From Gemmatimonadota bacterium (GTDB lineage Bacteria > Gemmatimonadota > Gemmatimonadetes > Longimicrobiales > Gaopeijiaceae), in assembly GCA_007121775.1 (NCBI GenBank), contig SKJY01000097.1, positions 5,138 to 69,137 on the forward strand: a stretch of DNA of 64,000 bases. The letters run 5' to 3'. Numbering within the stretch: position 1 is the first letter of the stretch; every line of letters begins with the position of its first letter. The translations under genes were made by a program, and so were the position numbers. Shown in pieces: positions 30,832-43,141 of this stretch. The notes under the pieces were generated by a model. The model searched no databases. It was not told the origin of the DNA and was given only the letters and a program-made list of their open reading frames with translations.

Positions 30832-33800
30832 ATGCCCCGTAGATTCGGCTCCGCTGCCCGGGCCATCGATACCGAAGCCCCCGTCCTCTCCGATGATCCC
30901 CAGTGGTACCGGGACGCCGTCATCTACGAACTCCACGTTCGCTCATTCAAGGACTCGAACGGCGACGGGATCGGCGATTTCAAGGGCCTCACCAGCAAGC
31001 TGGACTATTTGGAGGAGTTAGGGGTGACGGCGCTCTGGATCCTCCCCTTCTACCCGTCTCCCCTCCGGGACGACGGGTACGACATCGCCAGCTACCGGGA
31101 GGTAAACCCGGATTACGGCACCCTGGAAGATTTCCAGCACTTCCTCTCCGAGGCCCATCGGCGGGGACTGCGGGTCATCACCGAGTTGGTCATCAACCAC
31201 ACATCGGACCAACACCCCTGGTTCCAGCGGGCCCGCCGGGCGCCCAGAGGGAGCGCGGAGCGGGACTTCTACGTCTGGAGCGACGACCCCGAAAAGTATG
31301 GGGACACCCGGATCATCTTCCAGGACTTCGAGCCCTCCAACTGGAGTTGGGATCCGGTGGCGGGCCAGTACTACTGGCACCGCTTCTACCATCATCAGCC
31401 CGACCTGAACTTCGAAAATCCCCGGGTCCAGGAGGAACTCTTCTCCATCCTGGATTTCTGGCTCGAGATGGGGGTCGATGGGCTCCGCCTCGACGCCATC
31501 CCGTACCTGTACGAACGGGAGGGGACAAACTGCGAGAACCTCCCGGAGACCCACGACTTCCTGAAGAAGCTCCGGGCCCACGTGGATGCGCACTTCCCGA
31601 ATCGGATGCTCCTGGCGGAAGCGAACCAGTGGCCCGAGGACGCCGCCTCCTACTTCGGCGACGGGGACGAGTGCCACATGAACTTCCACTTCCCCCTCAT
31701 GCCGCGGCTCTTCATGGCGGCGAGGATGGAAGACCGCTTCCCCATCCGGGACATCCTGGACCAGACGCCGGAGATTCCCGAGGGGTGCCAGTGGGGCCTC
31801 TTCCTGCGGAATCACGACGAACTGACGCTGGAGATGGTGACCGACGAGGAGCGGGACTACATGTACCGGGTCTATGCCGAAGACACCACGGCCCGGATCA
31901 ACCTGGGGATCCGCCGGCGCCTGGCCCCACTCCTTCAGAACAACCGCAGGCAGATCGAGCTCCTGAACTCCCTTCTCCTCTCCCTTCCCGGAACTCCCAT
32001 CCTGTACTACGGGGACGAGATCGGGATGGGCGACAATTTCTACCTGGGAGACCGGCATGGAGTACGGACCCCCATGCAGTGGGTGGGAGACCGCAATGCG
32101 GGCTTCTCGGTAGCCAACCCCCAGCGCCTCTTCCTCCCGGTCATCATCGACCCGGAGTACCACTACGAGGCGGTGAATGTGGAGGCCCAGCAGCGCAACC
32201 CCACCTCCCTGTTGTGGTGGATGCGTCGGATCATCGCCCTCCGCAAGCGCCACCAGGCCTTCGGACGGGGGTCCCTGGAGTGGGTGGAACACGACAACGG
32301 GAAGGTGGTGGCCTACCTTCGCCGCCATGAGGAGGAGACCATCCTGGTGGTGGCCAACCTCTCCCGCTTCGCCCAGCCCGTGGCGCTGGAGCTCGGGGCC
32401 CATGCCGGCCGGGTGCCCCTGGAACTCTTCGGTCACACCGCCTTCCCGGAGATTGAGGACGACGAGCCGTATGCCCTGACCCTGCCGCCCCACGGCTTCC
32501 TCTGGTTTGCCCTGGAAACGGAAGAAGCGCTCCGGGATCGCCGGGAGGTCCCCCCTGCGGCGGAGCGCGATCCCGGTCGCCTCGTGGCCGTCCGTTCGCG
32601 GCGGCGGTGGGATGATGTTCTGGAGGGCCGTCGGCGCCGGAAGGTGGAACCGCTCCTGGTGGAGTTCCTCCGGGGGCAGCGCTGGTTCGCCGGAAAGGGC
32701 CGGGTGATCCGGAAGGGTGAGATCCTGGACGCCATACCGGTGGGCCCCGACGGAGTGGTTGGTAGCCTGGTGCTCCTGGAGGTGGAGTACGTGGCGCAGG
32801 ACCCGGAGATCTATCTGATCCCCCTGGCCCACGCCCAGGGCGATGAGGCGGTGGAGGTGGTGGAAGAGCGCCCCGGGAGCGTGGTCTGGCGAGCCGTGGT
32901 GGGCGAGGGTGACGGAGAGGAGGGGGTGGTCTTCGACGGATCTTTCGATGCCGACTTCTCCCGGCACCTCCTGGACACGGTGGCCCAAGGGACTCAGCTC
33001 GCGGGAGATCGGGTGGGGCTCCGTGGCATTCCCCTGATTCCCGCCCAGGAGATCCTTGGCCAGGGAGACGGGGACCGGACTCCGGTCCCTGGCAGGGCAG
33101 AACAGAGCAACACCTCGGTGGTCTTCGACCGGGAACTCATCCTGAAGCTCTTCCGGCGCATCGAAACCGGAATCAACCCGGACCGGGAGATCGGGCAGCT
33201 TCTGCAGGAGGTGGGCTTCGACGGTACCCCCGAGATGGTGGGGGCCCTGGAGTTCGAGGGAAGGGAGCGGGCCCGGGCCGCCTGCGCGGTGGTGCACCGC
33301 TTCGTGCCAAACCAGGGCGATGCGTGGGAGTACACCCGAGACGCCCTGGGGCGGTACTTCGAGACGGCGCTGGCCTCGGACTCGGAGTTGGAGGAACTCC
33401 CCCTGGCCGGGGACATCCTGGCGCTGGCCAGGGAGCGGCTGGCCGGCTCTGAACTCCCCGAAGAGACCTACCGCCTCATCGGCGGCCCCTATCTGGATTC
33501 GGCCCGGCGAATCGGAGCCCGAACCGCCGAACTCCACGTGGCGCTGGCATCTCGCCCGGACAACGAGGCCTTCCGCCCCGAGCCCTTCTCCACCCTCTAC
33601 CAGCGGTCCCTCTATCAGTCCATCCGGAATCTGCTGGGCACGTCGCTACAGGGGTTGGCCTCCCGGATCAGCGCGCTGGGCGAGGAGGAAGCGGAGATGG
33701 CCGGGATGATCCTCCGTTCCCGCCCCCGACTCCTCGAGCGCTTCCAGGCCCTCCTGGAGCGGAAGTTCGATGGGCGGCGGATCCGGGTCCACGGGGATTA

Positions 33801-34350
33801 TCACCTTGGCCAGGTCCTCTTCACCGGGAAGGACTTCCAGATCATCGACTTCGAGGGCGAGCCGGACCGCCCCATCGGTGAGCGCCGCATCAAGCGGTCG
33901 CCCTTGAGGGATGTGGGTGGGATGCTCCGCTCCTTTGACTACGCCGCCTGGGCCATCCTCCGAGACCTCCCGGAACAGGGGCTCATCTCCGACGCAGCCG
34001 ACCCCCGGGCCCGGCGTCTCGCCCGTTTCTGGAGCGGGTGGGTGTCGGTGGAGTTCCTGGCCGGATATCTGGGGACGGAGGGGATCCAGGCGCTCCTGCC
34101 GGTGCGCTCCCGGGCCCAGCGTCGCCTGCTGGATCTGTTCATTCTGGAGAAGGCCCTCTACGAGCTCCGCTACGAGTTGAACAATCGGCCGGACTGGGCC
34201 TGGATCCCCCTCTCGGGAATTGTGGGCCTCCTGGAGGAGGGCGAACTGGCCGCAGACGCTGATGTGTCCACCATCCCGGGAGACAGGAGGTCCGCCCATG
34301 GCGGGCCCACCGGCTCCGGAGACGAGGGGGAGGGCCAGGTTGACTCCTGA
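30832..34350 (+). CDS. treS: Trehalose synthase-maltokinase fusion (TreS-Mak/Pep2)
   Basis: GH13: [34 protein letters not shown]; kinase: [37 protein letters not shown]. Confidence 0.96.
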   Translation: MPRRFGSAARAIDTEAPVLSDDPQWYRDAVIYELHVRSFKDSNGDGIGDFKGLTSKLDYLEELGVTALWILPFYPSPLRDDGYDIASYREVNPDYGTLEDFQHFLSEAHRRGLRVITELVINHTSDQHPWFQRARRAPRGSAERDFYVWSDDPEKYGDTRIIFQDFEPSNWSWDPVAGQYYWHRFYHHQPDLNFENPRVQEELFSILDFWLEMGVDGLRLDAIPYLYEREGTNCENLPETHDFLKKLRAHVDAHFPNRMLLAEANQWPEDAASYFGDGDECHMNFHFPLMPRLFMAARMEDRFPIRDILDQTPEIPEGCQWGLFLRNHDELTLEMVTDEERDYMYRVYAEDTTARINLGIRRRLAPLLQNNRRQIELLNSLLLSLPGTPILYYGDEIGMGDNFYLGDRHGVRTPMQWVGDRNAGFSVANPQRLFLPVIIDPEYHYEAVNVEAQQRNPTSLLWWMRRIIALRKRHQAFGRGSLEWVEHDNGKVVAYLRRHEEETILVVANLSRFAQPVALELGAHAGRVPLELFGHTAFPEIEDDEPYALTLPPHGFLWFALETEEALRDRREVPPAAERDPGRLVAVRSRRRWDDVLEGRRRRKVEPLLVEFLRGQRWFAGKGRVIRKGEILDAIPVGPDGVVGSLVLLEVEYVAQDPEIYLIPLAHAQGDEAVEVVEERPGSVVWRAVVGEGDGEEGVVFDGSFDADFSRHLLDTVAQGTQLAGDRVGLRGIPLIPAQEILGQGDGDRTPVPGRAEQSNTSVVFDRELILKLFRRIETGINPDREIGQLLQEVGFDGTPEMVGALEFEGRERARAACAVVHRFVPNQGDAWEYTRDALGRYFETALASDSELEELPLAGDILALARERLAGSELPEETYRLIGGPYLDSARRIGARTAELHVALASRPDNEAFRPEPFSTLYQRSLYQSIRNLLGTSLQGLASRISALGEEEAEMAGMILRSRPRLLERFQALLERKFDGRRIRVHGDYHLGQVLFTGKDFQIIDFEGEPDRPIGERRIKRSPLRDVGGMLRSFDYAAWAILRDLPEQGLISDAADPRARRLARFWSGWVSVEFLAGYLGTEGIQALLPVRSRAQRRLLDLFILEKALYELRYELNNRPDWAWIPLSGIVGLLEEGELAADADVSTIPGDRRSAHGGPTGSGDEGEGQVDS

Positions 34351-37300
34351 CCCAGGAGCGCGCCATCCCCCGTCCGCCCCCCCCCGGAATGCCCTCCAGG
34401 CCCTGGCGCTGGAGCGTGGGATTCAGCTCCGGCACCAAGATGGGTTCGAGAAGGAGGTTGAGCCCGACGATGAGACCCTTCGGGCCATCCTCCGCGCCAT
34501 GGGCGATGCGGTTCCGGACGAGGAGACGGCGCGACGCCTCCTGAGGGACAGCCTGGCAGATGGGGCCGGGACGCTACTGGAACCTATGCAGGTGCTCTGG
34601 GAGGGAGCCCCCGCCAGGATCCGCGTCGGGGAGGGGCTCCAGGAAGAGATCCCTCTGGAGGTGCGGCTGGAGCTCCAGATGGACGAGGAGGTGCAGGTCG
34701 TCGAGTTCAAGGCCCAGGTCCGGAACCGCAGCGTGCCCCTCCCGGTGATTCCAGGGCCGGGCTACCATGGGATCCAGATCCGCCGCCGCACGGCGAGGAC
34801 GGACCGGTGGGAGTCGGAGGGGATGCTGGTGGTCGCCCCACCCCGGGTGTACGGAGCCGGGGGGGAGGTTTCTCCGGAGTGGAGCGCCTTTCTCCCCCTG
34901 TACGCCCTGGGTTCCCAGCGGAACCGGGGTGTGGGTGACCTCACCGACCTGGAGCGGCTTCTCCGGTGGGTGGAGGGGTTGGGGGGGGGTTCGGTGGCCA
35001 CCCTACCCCTCATGGCGGCCTTCCTGGATGACCCGCTGGAGCCCAGTCCGTATGCGCCGGTAAGCCGGACCTTCTGGAACGAGCTCTACCTGGATCCCAC
35101 CCGGGTCCCCGAGTGGGAGGCGTCCCCCGAAGCCCGCCGTATCCTGGAATCCGCCCAGGCCGAGGGTCTCCTCACCCGGCTCCGGAAGGGCGACCAGGTA
35201 CCGTACCGAGAAGTCTGGGAACTTCAGCGCCTGCTCCTGGATCAGCTGTCGGCGGTCTGGGCCCGAACCCTTCCCGAGGCCTCGCGTCTGGAGGAGTTGC
35301 AGGAGGGTGGGTTTCGTCGCTTCCTCAAGCAGTATCCCGATGCTCCCCGCTACGCCGCCTTTCGGGGCGTCGTTGAGGCGGGGGCGGGGGATTGGCGATC
35401 GTGGCCGGAGGTGTGGCGACGTGACGGGATCCCCGACACGATCCCGGACGCCGTGGCATTCCGTCGCCACCTCTATGCCCAGTTCCGCTTCGTCCACCAG
35501 TTGGAAGAGGTTCTCCCCAGGTCGGGGGACCGGGCAGGGCTCTACCTGGACCTTCCCCTTGGGGCTCACCCATCGGGCTACGATCTCTGGGCGAACCCGG
35601 ACCTTTTCGCCGAAGGGGCCGCCCTCGGGGCTCCACCGGACGGATTCCACGAGGAGGGACAGAGTTGGGGTCTTCCGCCCATCCTCCCCCAGGCAGCACG
35701 ACACGAAGGCTATCGGCATCTCCGGAGGATCCTCAATCGGCTGCTCCCCCACGCCAGGATCCTCCGGATCGATCACGTCATGGGGCTTCACCGGCTCTAC
35801 TGGGTACCAGATGGGAAGACGGCGGTGGACGGCGCATATGTGGGCTACCCGGCGGAGGAGCTCTACGCCATCCTCGCCGTGGAATCGCACCGCCACCAAA
35901 CGATCCTGGTGGGGGAGGACCTGGGAACGGTGCCTCCGGAGGTGCGGGCCGGGATGGATCGGCGGGGACTCCGCCGCATGTATGTGGTTCCCTTCGAATT
36001 CTCCCGCCGGCGGCCCGGGGCCCTCCGGTCGGTGCCACCAGGCTCTGTGGCCGGCGTCGGCACCCACGATACCCCCCCCTTCGCCGCCCTCTGGCGTGAG
36101 GACGGGATCCGGGAGGGGCTCCAGGCCTTCTGCAGTGAGTCCGGCCCCGCCGACGCCTCCCAGGAAGACCCCCTGGCCGTCCTTCGCCGCGTCCTGGCCT
36201 GGCTCGGCAAAGGCCCTGCCGGCGTGGTGGTGGTGAACCTGGAAGACCTATGGCTCGAAGAGCGGCCACAGAACCGGCCCGGCACGACCGGCGAGTGGAA
36301 CTGGAGCCGCCGGGCCCGGTTCCCGCTGGAGGCCTTCACCACGGCGGCCTCCGTGGAATCGTCGCTTCGAGCCCTCGACAGGGCCCGCCGATTGGCCCCG
36401 TCCCCCACGGGACTGCCCCGCCCCGGCACCACCCCTTCGGAACCCGTTGTCCCAGAAGAAAGGAGTCCAGACGTGACAGAGCCCACCCCCCCCGCACGGC
36501 CGGGCGTCAAGGCCGACGTCAGAGCGTCCATGCTCACGGAAGAGGACCTTTACCTCTTCAACGAGGGCTCCCATCTCCAGCTTCATCGAAAGCTCGGTGC
36601 CCAGCTCTCCAAGGACCCCGACCGCCCTGGCGTGAACTTCGCCGTCTGGGCCCCCAATGCCGAGAGTGTCTCGGTGGTGGGCGACTTCAATGACTGGACT
36701 GCCGGCCACCACCCCCTTGAGCCCCGGGGCAGCTCCGGGATCTGGGAGGGCTTCATCCCGGAGGCCGGGCGGGGCAGCGTCTACAAGTACCACATCCGCT
36801 CCACGGTGGGAGGCTACACCGTCCAGAAGGCGGATCCCTACGGATTCCGCCACGAGACCCCGCCCGCCACCGCATCCGTGGTCTGGGACCTGCACTACGA
36901 TTGGGGTGATGAGGACTGGATGGCGCGTCGCGGCCGGGAAGCCGGAGCCCAGGCACCCGTCTCCGTCTACGAGGTTCACCTGGCCTCGTGGCGGAGAGAC
37001 CCCTCGGACCCCCGTCGTTTCCGTAGCTACCGGGAGTTGGCGGTGGAGCTGGCGGAGTACGTGAAGGAGATGGGATTCACCCACGTTGAGCTCCTCCCCA
37101 TCATGGAACACCCGTTCTACGGCTCCTGGGGGTACCAGACCACCGGATACTTTGCTCCATCCAGCCGCCAGGGGTCACCCCAGGACCTCATGTTCCTCAT
37201 CGACACCCTCCACCAGGCGGGAGTGGGCGTGATCCTGGACTGGGTGCCCTCCCACTTCCCCACCGATGAGCACGGCCTGGCCTTCTTCGATGGGACCCAC

Positions 37301-38419
37301 CTCTTCGAGCACTCGGACCCGCGTCAGGGTTTCCACCCGGATTGGGAGAGCGCCATCTTCAACTATGGTCGGAACGAGGTTCGTTCCTTCCTCCTCAGCA
37401 GCGCCCTCTTCTGGCTTGAGCACTACCATGTGGATGGAATCCGGGTGGATGCAGTGGCTTCCATGCTCTACCTGGACTACTCCCGCAAGGAAGGGGAGTG
37501 GATCCCGAATCGGTTCGGAGGAAGGGAGAATCTGGAGGCCATCGACTTCCTTCGCCGACTGAACACCGAGATCTACGCCGCCTATCCCGACGTCCACACC
37601 ATTGCCGAGGAATCCACCGCCTGGCCCATGGTCTCCCGCCCCACCTACGTGGGAGGCCTGGGGTTCGGGATGAAGTGGGACATGGGGTGGATGCACGATT
37701 CCCTCCAGTACATCTCCAGAGATCCGATTCACCGCCGACACCATCATGAGGAGCTGACCTTCCGGGGGATCTACGCCTTCAACGAGAACTTCATGCTCCC
37801 CCTCTCGCACGACGAGGTGGTCCATGGGAAGGGGTCTCTCCTGGGTCGGATGCCTGGCAACGACTGGGAGAAGCGGGCCAACCTGCGGCTGCTCCTGGGG
37901 TGGCAGTACCTGCAGCCCGGGAAGAAGCTACTCTTCATGGGCGGTGAGATCGGTCAGTGGAAGGAGTGGAATCATGAGAGCGGGTTGGACTGGCACCTGC
38001 TGGACGATCCTGGCCACCGGGGCCTCCAGCGTCTGGTCCGGGACCTGAATCGGTTGTACCGTGGAGAGCCTTCTCTCCACAGCTCGGACTTCGAACCGGA
38101 CGGTTTCCAATGGATCGATGCCAGCGATCGGGACCAGAGTGTCCTGGCTTTCCTCCGAAAGGAGCCGAGCGGGGATGCGCCTCCGGTCCTGGCCGTCTTC
38201 AACTTCACTCCGGTTCCCCGGCAGAATCACCGGATCGGGGTGCCGAAGGGGGGGCGGTGGGCCGAGGTGCTGAATACCGACGCCGCGGCCTACGGTGGCG
38301 GTGGGTGGGGGAACCTGGGGGGAGTGGATGCCGTGCCTATCCCCTTTCATGCCCAGGATCACTCGGTGGTCCTGACGCTGCCCCCCCTCTCCATGTTGGT
38401 GCTGAGGACAAAGGGCTGA
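34340..38419 (+). CDS. malQ-glgB: 4-alpha-glucanotransferase (MalQ, GH77) fused in frame to 1,4-alpha-glucan branching enzyme (GlgB, GH13)
   Basis: Mal[47 protein letters not shown]; Glg[42 protein letters not shown]; no stop between them. Confidence 0.93.
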   Translation: MTPDPGARHPPSAPPRNALQALALERGIQLRHQDGFEKEVEPDDETLRAILRAMGDAVPDEETARRLLRDSLADGAGTLLEPMQVLWEGAPARIRVGEGLQEEIPLEVRLELQMDEEVQVVEFKAQVRNRSVPLPVIPGPGYHGIQIRRRTARTDRWESEGMLVVAPPRVYGAGGEVSPEWSAFLPLYALGSQRNRGVGDLTDLERLLRWVEGLGGGSVATLPLMAAFLDDPLEPSPYAPVSRTFWNELYLDPTRVPEWEASPEARRILESAQAEGLLTRLRKGDQVPYREVWELQRLLLDQLSAVWARTLPEASRLEELQEGGFRRFLKQYPDAPRYAAFRGVVEAGAGDWRSWPEVWRRDGIPDTIPDAVAFRRHLYAQFRFVHQLEEVLPRSGDRAGLYLDLPLGAHPSGYDLWANPDLFAEGAALGAPPDGFHEEGQSWGLPPILPQAARHEGYRHLRRILNRLLPHARILRIDHVMGLHRLYWVPDGKTAVDGAYVGYPAEELYAILAVESHRHQTILVGEDLGTVPPEVRAGMDRRGLRRMYVVPFEFSRRRPGALRSVPPGSVAGVGTHDTPPFAALWREDGIREGLQAFCSESGPADASQEDPLAVLRRVLAWLGKGPAGVVVVNLEDLWLEERPQNRPGTTGEWNWSRRARFPLEAFTTAASVESSLRALDRARRLAPSPTGLPRPGTTPSEPVVPEERSPDVTEPTPPARPGVKADVRASMLTEEDLYLFNEGSHLQLHRKLGAQLSKDPDRPGVNFAVWAPNAESVSVVGDFNDWTAGHHPLEPRGSSGIWEGFIPEAGRGSVYKYHIRSTVGGYTVQKADPYGFRHETPPATASVVWDLHYDWGDEDWMARRGREAGAQAPVSVYEVHLASWRRDPSDPRRFRSYRELAVELAEYVKEMGFTHVELLPIMEHPFYGSWGYQTTGYFAPSSRQGSPQDLMFLIDTLHQAGVGVILDWVPSHFPTDEHGLAFFDGTHLFEHSDPRQGFHPDWESAIFNYGRNEVRSFLLSSALFWLEHYHVDGIRVDAVASMLYLDYSRKEGEWIPNRFGGRENLEAIDFLRRLNTEIYAAYPDVHTIAEESTAWPMVSRPTYVGGLGFGMKWDMGWMHDSLQYISRDPIHRRHHHEELTFRGIYAFNENFMLPLSHDEVVHGKGSLLGRMPGNDWEKRANLRLLLGWQYLQPGKKLLFMGGEIGQWKEWNHESGLDWHLLDDPGHRGLQRLVRDLNRLYRGEPSLHSSDFEPDGFQWIDASDRDQSVLAFLRKEPSGDAPPVLAVFNFTPVPRQNHRIGVPKGGRWAEVLNTDAAAYGGGGWGNLGGVDAVPIPFHAQDHSVVLTLPPLSMLVLRTKG
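36459..36475 (+). promoter_or_regulatory. Internal ribosome-binding site and in-frame GTG for stand-alone GlgB
   Basis: AAAGGAG-7 nt-GTG (36473) in the Pro-rich linker just before the GlgB domain. Confidence 0.6.
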
Positions 38420-38477
38420 TCCGGGGCTACCTCCCCGGACTGGGAACTCCCCTGGAACGAGCAATGAGTCGGGAATC

Positions 38478-40979
38478 GTGAGCGAACGCTACGTCTGCAT
38501 CCACGGTCACTTCTATCAGCCGCCCCGAGAGAACCCCTGGCTCGAGGAGATCCTCCGCCAGGAATCGGCGCACCCCTACCATGACTGGAATGAGCGGATA
38601 GACAAGGAGTCCTATGCCCCCAACGCCTTCTCCCGGATCCTCAACGAGCGGGGTCTGATTTCCCGCATCGTCAACAACTACGCCCGGATCAGCTTCAACT
38701 TCGGCCCCACCCTCCTGCAGTGGATGGAGAAGGCGGCGCCGGATACCTATCAGGCGATCCTGGAGGCGGATCGCAGGAGCGCCGAACACTTCAGCGGACA
38801 TGGATCGGCCATTGCCCAGGCCTACAACCACATGATCCTCCCGCTGGCGAACCGCCGTGACAAGCAGACCCAGATCCTCTGGGGGATCCGGGACTTCGAG
38901 AACCGCTTCCGCCGCTTTCCGCAGGGTATGTGGCTCCCTGAGACCGCAGTGGATGTGGAGTCGCTGGAGCTCATGGCCGAGGCGGGAATCCGCTTCACCA
39001 TCCTGGCCCCGCGGCAGGCAGAGGCGGTCCGGCCTCCGGACCACGACGGTTGGATCGATGTGCGGGGTGAGCGCGTCGATCCGTCCCGGGCATACCGGGT
39101 ACCGCTGCCGTCAGGGCGAAGCATTGCGGTCTTCTTCTACGATGGGGGGCTCTCCCGGGCGGTGGCCTTTGAGCGGCTTCTGAGCGACGGGCACACCCTG
39201 GCGCGTCGCCTCATGGATGCTGGTGGCAGCGCCCGGGGTCCCGGATCCCTGAACCATATCGCCACCGACGGTGAGACCTACGGGCACCACCATCGACACG
39301 GCGAGATGGCGCTTTCCTACGCCCTCAAGATCATTGAAGACAGCCGGAATGTTCGGCTGACCAACTACGCCGAATATCTGGAACGGCAGCCCCCGACCTG
39401 GGAGGCCAGGATCCTGGAAGACTCGTCGTGGAGCTGCGTCCACGGGGTCGAGCGCTGGCGCTCCGACTGCGGGTGCAGCGACGGGAGCAATGCCGAGTGG
39501 CGACAGAGCTGGCGGAAGCCCCTCCGGGAGGCCCTGGACCAACTGAGGGACCGCCTGAATCCCGCCTATGAACAGGCGTGCAAGGGTCTTCTGAACGACC
39601 CTTGGGGGGCGAGGGACCGCTACATCGATGTGGTCCTGGATCGGGATCATGGAAATGTGGCCGGGTTCCTGGAGCGTGAGGCCGGGCGCCCCCTGGATCA
39701 AGGGGAGACCGTCCGGGCGCTTAAGCTCCTGGAGCTCCAGCGCAACGCCATGCTCATGTATACCAGTTGCGGCTGGTTCTTCGACGATCTGGGGCGCATT
39801 GAGACGCTCCAGGTACTCCGGTATGCTGCCCGGGCCATCCAACTCTACGACGTCCTCTTCACCGAGGATGTGGAGGAGGAATTCCTGGGGCTCCTGGCCC
39901 GAGCCCGGAGCAGCGTCACCGGCCTGGGGTCCGGAGCGGACCTCTACCGCACGCGGATCGCACCGGAGCGGATGGGGCTTGACCGGGTGGGAGCCCACCA
40001 CGCGGTCTCGTCCATCTTCAGGAACGGCGATAACGGGGTGGGCACCGAGCACCGGATCTACTGCTACTCGGTGAGGGTGGACGAACACCAGCGCCTGACG
40101 GCGGGAGGGATTCGCTTTGAGCTGGGGCGACTTCGGGTGACCTCCGTGATCACTCGCTCAACGGAACGGTTCAGCTACGGCGTGCTCCACATGGGCGATC
40201 ACCACCTGGTGGGGGGGGTGCGACCTCTGGGGAGCATGCCGGGCCACAGGGACCGGGTCGCCGACCTGGTGGACGCCTTCGAGAAAGGCTCCACGCTGGA
40301 CATCATTCGGTTCCTGGACCGGGACTTCAGCGCCTCCACCTACTCCCTCAACTCCCTGTTCCGGGACGAGCAGGAGCGTGTGGTCCACCGGATCCTTGAA
40401 ACGTCCCTCGGGGATGCGGAGCAGACCCTCGGCTCGCTGTATGAGAGTCGCATGCCCCTCATGAGATTCCTGGCGGACCTGAGCATCCCCCAGCCTCGTC
40501 CATTCCGGGCCGCCGGGGAGTTCGTGCTCAATACCCGGCTCGAACGGGCACTGAATGAGGATGAGCCCGATCCCGTCCGCCTGGAGAGTCTCTTCCATGA
40601 GGCGAAGCTCACCGGTCTCCGGGTGGATCGGGAAGTCCTGGGGCTTGCCGCCGGTGCCGCAGTGGAGCGCCTCCTTGTGAAGTTGGCCGAGGCGCCGGAT
40701 GATGCGGAACAGATGATCCGGACACGGCGCGTCCTGGACTTCATCCGCTCCCTGCCTTTCGCCACCGACCTCTGGAGGGCCCAGAACGTCTACTTCCGAC
40801 TCCTGGAAGATGAGTACCCGTACCGGATGGGGCGAGCCCAGGAGGGGGAAGGGGACGCCCGCTGGTGGCTGAAGGAGTGGGATGCCCTGGGCAGCGCCCT
40901 TGGGGTCGCCCTTCCGGCACTGGACCCGGAGGTCCTGGAGGCAGCCCCGCGCCGCCGCTCCTCCGACGTGGCGGGTTGA
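38478..40979 (+). CDS. GH57-family glycoside hydrolase with DUF3536
   Basis: CIHGHFYQPPRENPW, SFNFGPTLL, YNHMILPL, WLPETA, ATDGETYGHH, WSCVHGVERW, MYTSCGWFFD. Confidence 0.92.
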   Translation: MSERYVCIHGHFYQPPRENPWLEEILRQESAHPYHDWNERIDKESYAPNAFSRILNERGLISRIVNNYARISFNFGPTLLQWMEKAAPDTYQAILEADRRSAEHFSGHGSAIAQAYNHMILPLANRRDKQTQILWGIRDFENRFRRFPQGMWLPETAVDVESLELMAEAGIRFTILAPRQAEAVRPPDHDGWIDVRGERVDPSRAYRVPLPSGRSIAVFFYDGGLSRAVAFERLLSDGHTLARRLMDAGGSARGPGSLNHIATDGETYGHHHRHGEMALSYALKIIEDSRNVRLTNYAEYLERQPPTWEARILEDSSWSCVHGVERWRSDCGCSDGSNAEWRQSWRKPLREALDQLRDRLNPAYEQACKGLLNDPWGARDRYIDVVLDRDHGNVAGFLEREAGRPLDQGETVRALKLLELQRNAMLMYTSCGWFFDDLGRIETLQVLRYAARAIQLYDVLFTEDVEEEFLGLLARARSSVTGLGSGADLYRTRIAPERMGLDRVGAHHAVSSIFRNGDNGVGTEHRIYCYSVRVDEHQRLTAGGIRFELGRLRVTSVITRSTERFSYGVLHMGDHHLVGGVRPLGSMPGHRDRVADLVDAFEKGSTLDIIRFLDRDFSASTYSLNSLFRDEQERVVHRILETSLGDAEQTLGSLYESRMPLMRFLADLSIPQPRPFRAAGEFVLNTRLERALNEDEPDPVRLESLFHEAKLTGLRVDREVLGLAAGAAVERLLVKLAEAPDDAEQMIRTRRVLDFIRSLPFATDLWRAQNVYFRLLEDEYPYRMGRAQEGEGDARWWLKEWDALGSALGVALPALDPEVLEAAPRRRSSDVAG

Positions 40980-41072
40980 CCTGCGCGGCTCTGGAAGTTG
41001 TACTGAGTGAGCCGGACCACCGGCCTCACCACCTCCACCCTTTCCAATCCACCACCTGCTTCCGGGAGATCC

Positions 41073-42653
41073 ATGAGCCGAGAGTTCCAATTCCAAGCCG
41101 CCATCTTTGACATGGACGGAGTCATCACCGACACCGCCCGCGTCCACGCAGAGGCGTGGAAGCAACTCATCGACAGCTATCTGGAGGAGTTGCGTGAACG
41201 CTCCCCCGACCCGGGGGCCGAATTGGCTCCTTTCCGACTCCCGGACGACTACCGCAACCATGTGGACGGAAAGCCCCGCTACCAGGGACTGGATGCCTTC
41301 CTCCAGCATCGGGGCATCGAACTCCCCTTCGGAACGCCGGAGGATGAGCCGGGAATAGAGACCGTCTGCGGACTGGCCAACGGAAAGGACCGGCTGTTCA
41401 ACGAGATCCTGGACCGGGAAGGGGCCGAGATCATCGAGGGGACCCTGGCCCTGATCCGAAATCTGAAGAACGCCGGGCTACGGGTCGCGGTGGCTTCATC
41501 GAGCCGGAACTGCCGGAGGATCCTGGAGCGAGCCGGGGTCCTGGACCTCTTCGAGGCCCGGGTGGATGGGGAGACACTCCGGGAACTGGGCCTCTCCGGC
41601 AAGCCGGACCCCGACATGTTCGTGGAAGCGGCCAGGAGGGTCGATTCAGGGCCGGCACAGAGCATCGTCTTCGAGGATGCCGGCTCAGGCGTGGAGGCTG
41701 GACGCCGGGGTGAATTCGGACTGGTGGTGGGCGTCGCCGAGAGCGACGAGCACCGTATCGCCCTCCGGGATGCCGGGGCGCACCTTGCTGTCACCCGTGC
41801 GGGCATGGGCGACCTGACCCTCGACCTGCTGGATCGGTGGTTCTCGGAAGCCAGCGAACGCCGCCCCTCGGCGCTGGAGCACTGGCCTGCCCTGGCCGAG
41901 CGTTTCCGCACCTTTCAGCCGGCGATCTTCCTGGACTATGACGGGACCCTCACCCCCATTGTATCCCGACCGGACCAGGCCGTGATCCCCCCGGAGACCC
42001 AGGAGGTCGTGCGGACGCTGGCCACTCGCTACCCCACGACGGTGGTGAGCGGTCGCGGTCGGGACGATGTGGCTCGGCTCGTCGGTGTGGATGGCCTGAA
42101 CTACGCCGGGAGTCATGGCTACGACATCGAAGCCGCCTCCACGGGTGAGGATGACGGCTCCGAGCCCATCCGGCATGAGGTTGCCGCCGAGGTCCTCCCC
42201 CTGATCGAGGAACTCACCGACCATCTGGAGGGCGAACTGGCGGATGTAGAGGGAACGGTGGTGGAGCCGAAGCGCTTCACCGTGGCGGTCCACTACCGGA
42301 TGGTGGCAGAGGACGAGGTGGGCCGGGTAGAGGAGGCCGTCACCGCGGCGGTGGCCAACCACCCGGAGCTTCGGGTCGCTGATGGCAAGAAGGTCTTCGA
42401 GATCCGTCCAGACCTGGATTGGGACAAGGGGAAGGCGATCCTCTGGCTCCGGGAAGCGCTGGGGCTGGATGGTGACGAGGTGATGCCCCTGTACGTGGGG
42501 GACGACACCACCGACGAAGACGCCTTCCGGATCCTGGGAGAACAGGGGCTCGGAGTGGTGGTGACCGACGTCCCCCGCCCCACCCACGCCGGATATCAAC
42601 TCCAGGACACGGTGGAGGTCCGGGAGTTCCTCAGGCGGATCGCCGAGCTCTAG
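41073..42653 (+). CDS. otsB: Beta-phosphoglucomutase-like HAD fused to trehalose-6-phosphate phosphatase
   Basis: [62 protein letters not shown]. Confidence 0.88.
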   Translation: MSREFQFQAAIFDMDGVITDTARVHAEAWKQLIDSYLEELRERSPDPGAELAPFRLPDDYRNHVDGKPRYQGLDAFLQHRGIELPFGTPEDEPGIETVCGLANGKDRLFNEILDREGAEIIEGTLALIRNLKNAGLRVAVASSSRNCRRILERAGVLDLFEARVDGETLRELGLSGKPDPDMFVEAARRVDSGPAQSIVFEDAGSGVEAGRRGEFGLVVGVAESDEHRIALRDAGAHLAVTRAGMGDLTLDLLDRWFSEASERRPSALEHWPALAERFRTFQPAIFLDYDGTLTPIVSRPDQAVIPPETQEVVRTLATRYPTTVVSGRGRDDVARLVGVDGLNYAGSHGYDIEAASTGEDDGSEPIRHEVAAEVLPLIEELTDHLEGELADVEGTVVEPKRFTVAVHYRMVAEDEVGRVEEAVTAAVANHPELRVADGKKVFEIRPDLDWDKGKAILWLREALGLDGDEVMPLYVGDDTTDEDAFRILGEQGLGVVVTDVPRPTHAGYQLQDTVEVREFLRRIAEL

Positions 42654-43141
42654 GGAGCCTGCTCCGGTACCGTCCGCAGGTGGATGGTAGCCAGGGTGAA
42701 GCCTGCCACCACTTCGAACCGCACGTCGCCCAGGTGACCGTGGCCCGCGAAGGCCACGGTGGGAGTCCCGGGACGGGAGCCGTCGTTGGTGAGAGCCTCA
42801 TCGATCTCCCACCCGGCCTCTGCCAGGGCGTTCCGATAGGCTCGGTGGGCCTCGCCTGCGTCCATGTCCAGGGCCACTGTGACAATGTGGTAGGGCCCCT
42901 CGATCCTCCCTGAGAGGAACTCCCGGGGCACTTCCGTGACACCGGCGAGGCGCCCACCCGCCGGTAGGTGAGGGAACGCCTCGGGCCATCCCGCGGGCAA
43001 ACGCAGGGTATCCGGCGCGGCATTCGCCAAGGCCCAGCCCTCAACCACCGGTGAGGGAGAGGAGTGGACAGTAGGCGAGGCCACCGCCTCCGCCGTCACA
43101 CCGGCAAGGCCCAGTGTCAGGGCCGTCCAAAGCACGATCAT
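42650..43141 (-). CDS. Hypothetical exported protein
   Basis: ATGA overlap with the ABC-F stop, signal-peptide-like N terminus, LPAGWPEAFP..YRNALAEAGW pattern. Confidence 0.7.
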   Translation of the reverse strand: MIVLWTALTLGLAGVTAEAVASPTVHSSPSPVVEGWALANAAPDTLRLPAGWPEAFPHLPAGGRLAGVTEVPREFLSGRIEGPYHIVTVALDMDAGEAHRAYRNALAEAGWEIDEALTNDGSRPGTPTVAFAGHGHLGDVRFEVVAGFTLATIHLRTVPEQAP

